Positions 57,036-64,000 of a stretch of 64,000 nucleotides of DNA are shown here, piece by piece (the stretch's first letter is position 1; the number at the start of each line of letters is the position of its first letter). The notes under the pieces are model-generated. The model saw only the letters and a program-made list of their open reading frames with translations, was not told the DNA's origin and ran no database searches. The translations under genes were made by a program, and so were the position numbers. The DNA is taken from NCBI GenBank assembly GCA_951406725.2, contig OX597837.1, positions 9,486,001 through 9,550,000 on the forward strand, written 5' to 3'. Origin of the DNA: Octopus vulgaris (taxonomy: Eukaryota).

Positions 57036-57879
57036 GGTTAATATATGTTTGATCAAGCAGACACGAAAGACGATGGTGTTAATCTGCGTCGACAAGAGTT
57101 ATATCATGTAGCAAAATTCGGTAACAAGAGCAAAGTGAGCTTGCCCTGAGGAATGGATTTTCCACTCTTCAAAGCAAGTTCATTGTACACTTTCAATCGA
57201 TATATGTCTATAATAAGAAATACCAAAACGAATTTCTGTGTGTCAGTGTGTCACGTTTTAAACCCCTCTCTCACTATTCATTAACACGTCCGCTATTACT
57301 CGTGATGGGAGTGAGAGTAATACTAGGCATAAAGACGGTGGGGGCGGTAGATAGATGTTTGTGATGGTAATGGGATGATAGTAATAGTATGAAGTATAGT
57401 TGTGATAGAGGCGGAGGCAACGGTGACGATGGTAGTGGTGGTGGTGGAGTACGCGATGTGAAAGACGGTGGTGATGGTAGTGGGGTAAGCAATATGAAAG
57501 TAATTGGTGATGGTGGTGGAATAAGCGATGTGAAAGATGGTGGGGGGGGGAAGTGGCGAAGTCATATGTATTGATGTTGGTGGCGTCAGAAGTCTGAATG
57601 GTATGCGTGTATGGCAGTTGTAGTGGTGATGGTGATAGTTGAAAAGAATCAGCAGAAAGAGAAAGAAAGAGGTTAGACAGAAAAAATATGTACTGACCCC
57701 TGAAAGGCAAGACAAAAAATGTTGTTTATCATGCAGCTTTGCAATAAGTTCCAACTCGACAAATTATATCATGGTTTTGATGAAACTTCTTCATTGCTTG
57801 AAAAGTATTGGTCAAGTTTAATAAAATTTAATATGCACTCAATGCACGAAGTGTCATTGTTGGGCCCAAGGTCCAATGA

Positions 57880-57935
57880 AGAGCCCTCCAGAGGAGCTAG
57901 CTTAAATGGCACCCTATCAGGCGGCTTTTCAACTA

Positions 57936-58025
<90 letters not shown>

Positions 58026-58105
58026 GTGTGGTGTGTGTGTGTGTGTATATTAGTTTAAAAGCCGTCTGATAGGGTGCTTTTAAGCTAACTCCTGTGGAGG
58101 GCTCT
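57880..58105. repeat. Imperfect inverted repeat of about 60 bp enclosing (TA)n(TG)n
   Basis: 57880-57940 pairs with 58046-58105 (agagccctcca.aggag.tagcttaaa..gcaccctatcag.cggctttt.aactaatata). Confidence 0.85.
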
Positions 58106-58113
58106 ATCTATCT

Positions 58114-58186
<73 letters not shown>

Positions 58187-58867
58187 TTCCTAGATAGATA
58201 GATAGATACATATATACATACCTACCTACCTACCTACATACCTACCTACATACATACATACATACATACATACATACATACATACATACATACATACATA
58301 CATACATACATAGACAAACAGACAGACAGTATTCAGGAATTCACTCTACTATGTGCTGCCTATCTATTAGTAAAGCGTATATGTATAACTCTATCGAATG
58401 TGCCAAAGGCAAACAGAAATGCCTTTGTTGTGCAGTGAAGGCACGCAATGAAAATCTGAGCAATCAAATTATAAGACTATTTGTTGGCAACAAGTGCGTA
58501 ATATATTATTAATGATAGCTTGCATCCGTCCAGGGCTATAATAGATACGTACCATACATGTTGCGATATACAAGCATAGTATAATTTATCTACGTTGGCT
58601 CCATAGGAACGCGTGTGACTGCCTGCCTGTCTGTCTGTCTGTAAGCATGTATATATGCATGCATTGATCTGTCTATCTATCAATCTATCTATCTATTCTA
58701 TTCTATTCTAGTTTATTTATCTGTCTATCAGTCTATCTGTGATCTATCTATTTCTCTATATGTCAGTCTATCTATCTATCTATTTGTCTATATGTTTGTC
58801 TATTTATTTATCTATCTGTCTGTCTATCTATTTATTTATTTATTTATGTATCTATCTATCTGCCTGT

Positions 58868-59136
58868 CTCTTCTTTTTTCATTTCTCTTTTCTTTTGTTC
58901 CTTTTCCTTTTCTTTTATTTTATTTTTATTTTTTATCTTTTATTTTATTTATTTATTTTTTATTTTATTTATTTTTTTGTTCTTTTCTTCCCTTTTACGA
59001 TCCCTCTTGATCGAAAACCTACGCCACCCCTTTTTTTTGTTTCGTTTGTTTTTTGTTTTTTTCATCCCCCAAAAGAAAAGCTCTACCTTGTAACTTGTCC
59101 CATCTGTGTGCAGCCCTGTGTGGCCAATAAAGAAAC
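58868..59136 (+). mobile_element. 3' UTR fragment of the same Tx1-like family, also in (TATC)n
   Basis: Shares cctttacgatcc..gatcgaaa, aaaagaaaagctctaccttgtaa and tctgtgtgcagccctgtgtggcYaataaagaaac with the 41317 copy; TATC repeats on both flanks. Confidence 0.75.
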
Positions 59137-59216
59137 TTATCTACACATCTATTTATCTACTTATCTATCTGTTTATCTATGTTTCTGTGTATATCTCCTA
59201 TCTATCTATCTATCTT

Positions 59217-59272
<56 letters not shown>

Positions 59273-59374
59273 CCTATCTACCTACCTACCTATCTACTTA
59301 TCTATCTGTCTGCCTGTCTATCTATCTATTTAATTATTTATTTATCTATCTACCTATCAATCTATCTATCTATT

Positions 59375-59406
<32 letters not shown>

Positions 59407-60254
59407 CATTTTTGTCTTGTCTGTATATGTGCTTATACATGAATGTGGGTGTCATTTTGAGCAAAACTTAATTTGGACGCGATTACTTCACTCAAGCTGC
59501 AACTCCAGACCTTATACTTATCAATTATTAAATAAACCACATCTCTCCGTACGTGATGTATACCACACGGCACCTGTCAAACCAACATTCTCCTTATAAG
59601 TTCCGCTCCCTCACAAACCACACCACATCTTCTACACCTCCCCTTTAGTGAAATCCACGTCCCCACCTGTTTCTTATCCCCAGCTTTTTTAATTTACTCA
59701 TTTATCACTTCCATTAACGACCACAGTACCTTACTGCTCTGTGAAAGCTCTTTCGCCGAAAACTTTCAAATTTTTCACTCTTCCAGACGTCTCTTTACTT
59801 TGCTTAATTCTTCTGATGCTTCTAATGCGAATAACGATTTTTATATCTTACTCATAAACTCAAATCAAAATTAACTGCATCACTCCGATCATGAAAGTGT
59901 CAAAGCAGTATCTGTGTCTTGGTCTGAAAACTCTCCGTACTGAAATGACATATCCGCTTGTTACATTCCGTCTCCCTCTAACGATTTAGCGGAATAGGAT
60001 GTTTAATTAAATCTGAAGGCATCTCTAGATAATTGAAATATGAAGAACATATCGATCAATATAACAAATGTTAACCTGTCTGATGCAGATAATTGGATTA
60101 AGCGCTTATCCTTTAAGACTCCGTCTAAGACCCAGTATCTCGCCAACTAAAGGTCTTTTTACGTGCTATTCAATAAATCGTTGGAAAATATCAACCCTCA
60201 TGCTCTTTTCGTTTAATTTGTCTTTATTGGCGTCCGAATTAAGTTAATTTGTGC

Positions 60255-60580
60255 TGCCATTTACAAGCAGAAGTATCAACCAAGCATACTATACGTCTTA
60301 AAAGCAAAACGATACAAAGTGTAGAGTACTCCTAGATACATAATGTCTCCAAATATTTGGTAAATATTTGGTAGAATTAGCATTCAATCTCTCTCACAGC
60401 ATACCATTCGTCTTTCAAAAGTAAGGATACATAATACACTGTAGTCCAAGGTACACAGTATCTGTAAAATATTGTAGAAATAGCAGCCAATTTTATATCT
60501 TGCAACACATTAGGCGAATTTAAAGCGTAATGATACATTACATAATGTGCTCTTACTTGGTGTGGTCATGGCTGGAATAA
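60255..60580. repeat. Decayed tandem repeat of about 105 bp (3 units)
   Basis: Recurring tagaa.tagca, cgtctt..aaa..gataca and gtcc.ag.taca motifs. Confidence 0.5.
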
Positions 60581-62033
60581 TTTTGACATCGCAATTGCGA
60601 TGTCACTTACAACAGTCTTCACCGACGTCGTTGGTGCTTCTGCGAGTCTTTTTACTTTTCTTTTTCCCTCCTCTTTCCTACAACACGTTTAATAACATAA
60701 TCCTCCACATCTGATTCACCGCCTCTCTTCTCCATCGATGCAAATCCGCTAGAGCCTTGCAGTGTTCGCGGGGTCACCAGGTACTGTATATTCTTACATA
60801 ACTTACCTGAAAATACGTTGTTGATGATCAACAGCTGTGCAGACAAACATTGCTTGGTGTTATGTCATCTGTTTTTTGTCCTTTTGCATAGATTTATAGG
60901 TTTGCTTGCGTGTGCATTCGTGTAAGTTTGTCAGTTTATCATTGTCCATTTGTGTATAGATGTCTGTATACATAAGTGTCTAAGTTCATAAATTCGCATT
61001 TGTGTGTTTTTGTTTGCGTGGTAGAGAGGCGAAGAGATTTCCATGATGGCCGCAGTCTCAGTTCCTGTGTGCACCGCTATGGCTTGCCTATGTTCATACG
61101 TCTACGCATGCGTATATGTTTGGGTTTACAGGCTAACATGTGTCAGTGTCTATATCTATGCATGTTAGTCTACGGCCGTATTGTTTATTTTGTTTGCTTC
61201 TCTCTGTACGCCTGTGTTTGTCCACCAATCTGCATGCATGTTTGTCCGTGTGTGCGCGGTTGCGTGTCTGTATTTCATTTTCTAGTTTAGTTTAGTTTAG
61301 TGTTTGTCTCAAAGACATTCTTCATTTTCGCTAAAATCTTGTTCCTCAATTTGACATTTTATGATTGAATTCGGCAAGAAATTCTGCCGAGAGCCGTTAC
61401 TACCGTTATTGCTTACATATGTCTTATAATCAGTTTTCATGGAGAGAACGGCTTTCGAATCTTCAATAGAATTTCCCAGGTGGTTTATACTTTCGGAAGT
61501 GAGAAAGACATTCTTAATACTTTTAACTACAAGCAGTGGCTCAAAGACGATAAGTTTCTTGTCCTTTCCGCGACCGGAAACGTGTAGCGCAGTCTGTTAC
61601 TAATATTCCACCGTCTAATTTCTAGGTTCTCCGTCTCTCTCGACGATCAATATTAGAGATTTCAGTTGGTGAAGTGAACGTGGCTCTATTCGCGAAATTA
61701 ATGAGTAGGTGGCTGGGTATTCCACAGATAGTGATTTATATAACCTTAACGTAATCCCTTGCAGTGAATCAGTGCGATAGATTGTAATTAATACTTCTGA
61801 ATCGTTGAGGTAACGGTACAAGATTGAATAAAAGATTGGCATGTGTGTGTGTGTGTGTGTGTGAGCGTCGGTGTTTGTACAGAGACAGATCGATGCATGT
61901 CTGTGCTATTGATCGTAAATCTCAGTGAGTATATGAAGCTATTGCTAGTATATATATATGTATATATATATACATACATACACACACACACACACATATA
62001 TACATATATATATATATATATATGCATATATTA

Positions 62034-62081
<48 letters not shown>

Positions 62082-62089
62082 GCATATAT

Positions 62090-62131
<42 letters not shown>

Positions 62132-62539
62132 GAATGTGTGTGTGTACATGCGTGTGCGTGTGTGTAGCAGGGAAAAGGAAATAAGGAGAAACTGATGAAG
62201 TACTTTAGAGAGCGTTGTTAGTGTATAGTATAGTGTTGCGTATCGTGAGATGTATGCAGTGGAAGTCAAGCATAGTTACGCATAGAATAGTATTACGCTG
62301 TGTTTTGTAATAACGTGAAAAATATGAAGGCTTATGTAATTAGTTAGGTGTAGTTAAGTATAAATGTTAACTTGTGTGGTGTATTATTGCACTGTATCAT
62401 GTGATGATGTAACAGTGCTGAAACAGAGGATAAATATCTTTCCCGAATAATATAGACTCATACAGACGTTTTCTGGTTTCTGTGGTGTACACACTTCCCC
62501 TGGATGGGACGCCTTATTATTATTATTATTATTATTATT

Positions 62540-62976
62540 GAGTGAGAGAGCAGTTCATGCCATCAAAGTGACACTGGGGTAAAATATACGAAGTCCAATA
62601 TACTCATCATGACTACCCGTCTGATAAGGGTACACCAGGCACATGCATCACAACCATATGTGCGCGACATGGTGAGCTCATATCAAGATAAACAGCACAT
62701 GACCTTGCAGGTAGGGCCCAGTTAGAAATATCTTCAGGTTGAGTAGCCCATCCCGCTCAAAAGGTCCCTGAATAATTGTTGTTTAAGGATGTTGAACGAA
62801 ACACCCATGTCTCCAGAGGTGAATTATTCAAACCCCAAAGAATCCCTCTCAACACATGGCTATGCTGCTCCCCCACTACTTCTGCTCGTGATCAGAGAAG
62901 CACATATCGTCAGCCACTAAGGGACATGCTCAACTGGTTAATAGCTCAACTGGTTAATAGCTTGTCAAACAACTGA
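62540..62976 (-). mobile_element. Unclassified non-coding insert between ATT/TAA repeats, possibly a retroposon 3' region
   Basis: GC-elevated block sharply bounded by (ATT)n on both sides; no credible ORF; single copy in the window. Confidence 0.45.
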
Positions 62977-63063
62977 CAAGCTATTATTATTATTACTATT
63001 ATTATTATTAATATTATTATTATTGAATCATTTACTATTGTTATTATTATTATTACTTTTATT

Positions 63064-63190
63064 ATTTTCATATACAAACAACAGATTAGATCGTTGGAAA
63101 AGAAAAAAATTCTTAACATCGGGCTACACAAGTAACCCTTAATACCCAGAACCCTCCTAAGTATCCTAGCTGTCCCTAATAACACTGTTG
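63064..63190 (-). mobile_element. 3' fragment of the third R4/Dong-like family
   Basis: VLLGTARILRRVLGIK; homologous to 55849-55975; (TAA)n tail. Confidence 0.75.
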
Positions 63191-63850
63191 TAGAATTACT
63201 CATTTTCGCCAACTGAGTGGACTGAAGCAACGTGAAACGGATTGTTTTGCTCAAAATCACAATGCACCGGTAACCCCAGGAATCGAAACCGTAATCTTAC
63301 GATCATGAGTCCAACTCCCTAACCGCTGAACCACGAGCATCCATCCACACACCATAATGCAGCCAATTATTGTGAAGCCTCTGTAGGTTTGTGAAATGTG
63401 TTAAATAAAATGTCGATAAGCTTTGTTTTTTATTATCAAAATAATGGTCCTGCTTCCGGTAAATATTATTCGATGCTACTTGCTTCGTGACCTCAGAGTC
63501 TGTTACATATTCTAGCGTTTTTCATATGTCAATTTTCGTTTGCTTTATTATGAATTCTGCAAAATCACTGCTTGCAGAGAATGGTAGTGTCAATGTTCCA
63601 AATTTATTGAGTCTTCTTGCAAAGAATGCCTGTCAAAAATGTAAATTTCTTATATTATTATTCATTGAAATACAATAGAACTGAGAAAACCAAGATTCCA
63701 CACTTCTTCACAAAGACAAAAATGTCAAGTTCTGTAAATCTATCAAAACACTATAGGCATGGAATCATCATGAAGACACAGAAGCACACCATCGCTATGA
63801 CTGATTTTTAATAATAATGATAATAATAATAATAATAATAATAATAATAT

Positions 63851-64000
63851 GAAGGCGCATGGCTCAGTGGTTAGAGCGTCGAGCTTACGATCGTGAGGTT
63901 GTGAGCTCGAATCCCGGACCGGGCTGGGTGTTGTGTTCTTGAGCAAGGCACTTTATTTCACGTTGCTCCAGTTTACTCAGCTGTAGAAATGAGTTGCGAC
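63851..64000 (+). mobile_element. SINE family C-related head, truncated by the window end
   Basis: GAAGGCGCATGGCTCAGTGGTTAGAGCG..TCGAATCCC, then gttcttgagcaaggcactttatttcacgttgctccag. Confidence 0.85.

Noticed and set aside
57258-57754. His/Pro/Gly-rich ORFs
   Set aside because: Degenerate GGT/GAT low-complexity tract; no domain or splice support

Overview
AT-rich, extremely microsatellite-dense eukaryotic DNA. The repeat families (tRNA-headed SINEs carrying internal (TA)n/(TG)n, Meta-domain-like SINEs, R4/Dong and Tx1-like LINE ends, Penelope-type fragments) suggest a coleoid cephalopod, probably Octopus; this is an inference from pattern recognition, not a database result. Almost all ORFs in the supplied track are microsatellite translations. 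The only credible host-gene signal is one CpG-rich minus-strand exon (about 15718-14869) with a long 5' UTR, uORFs and 62 coding codons of an unidentified protein, so most of the window is probably intron or upstream DNA. Most notable: (1) many Penelope-type minimal hammerhead ribozyme motifs, including two in a perfect 177-bp inverted repeat and a three-copy family with a non-canonical CUGU(A/G)GA core; (2) retroelements partitioned by microsatellite type (R4/Dong in (TAA)n, Tx1-like in (TATC)n, Penelope-like in (TA)n); (3) a SINE with a Tx1-like tail joined to its own head at the same junction at three loci; (4) a 27-bp minisatellite built from NF-kB- and STAT-like motifs; (5) a candidate recursive splice site; (6) a 1.6-kb patterned (GAT/GAC)n block. 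Element boundaries are read by eye and approximate unless stated.
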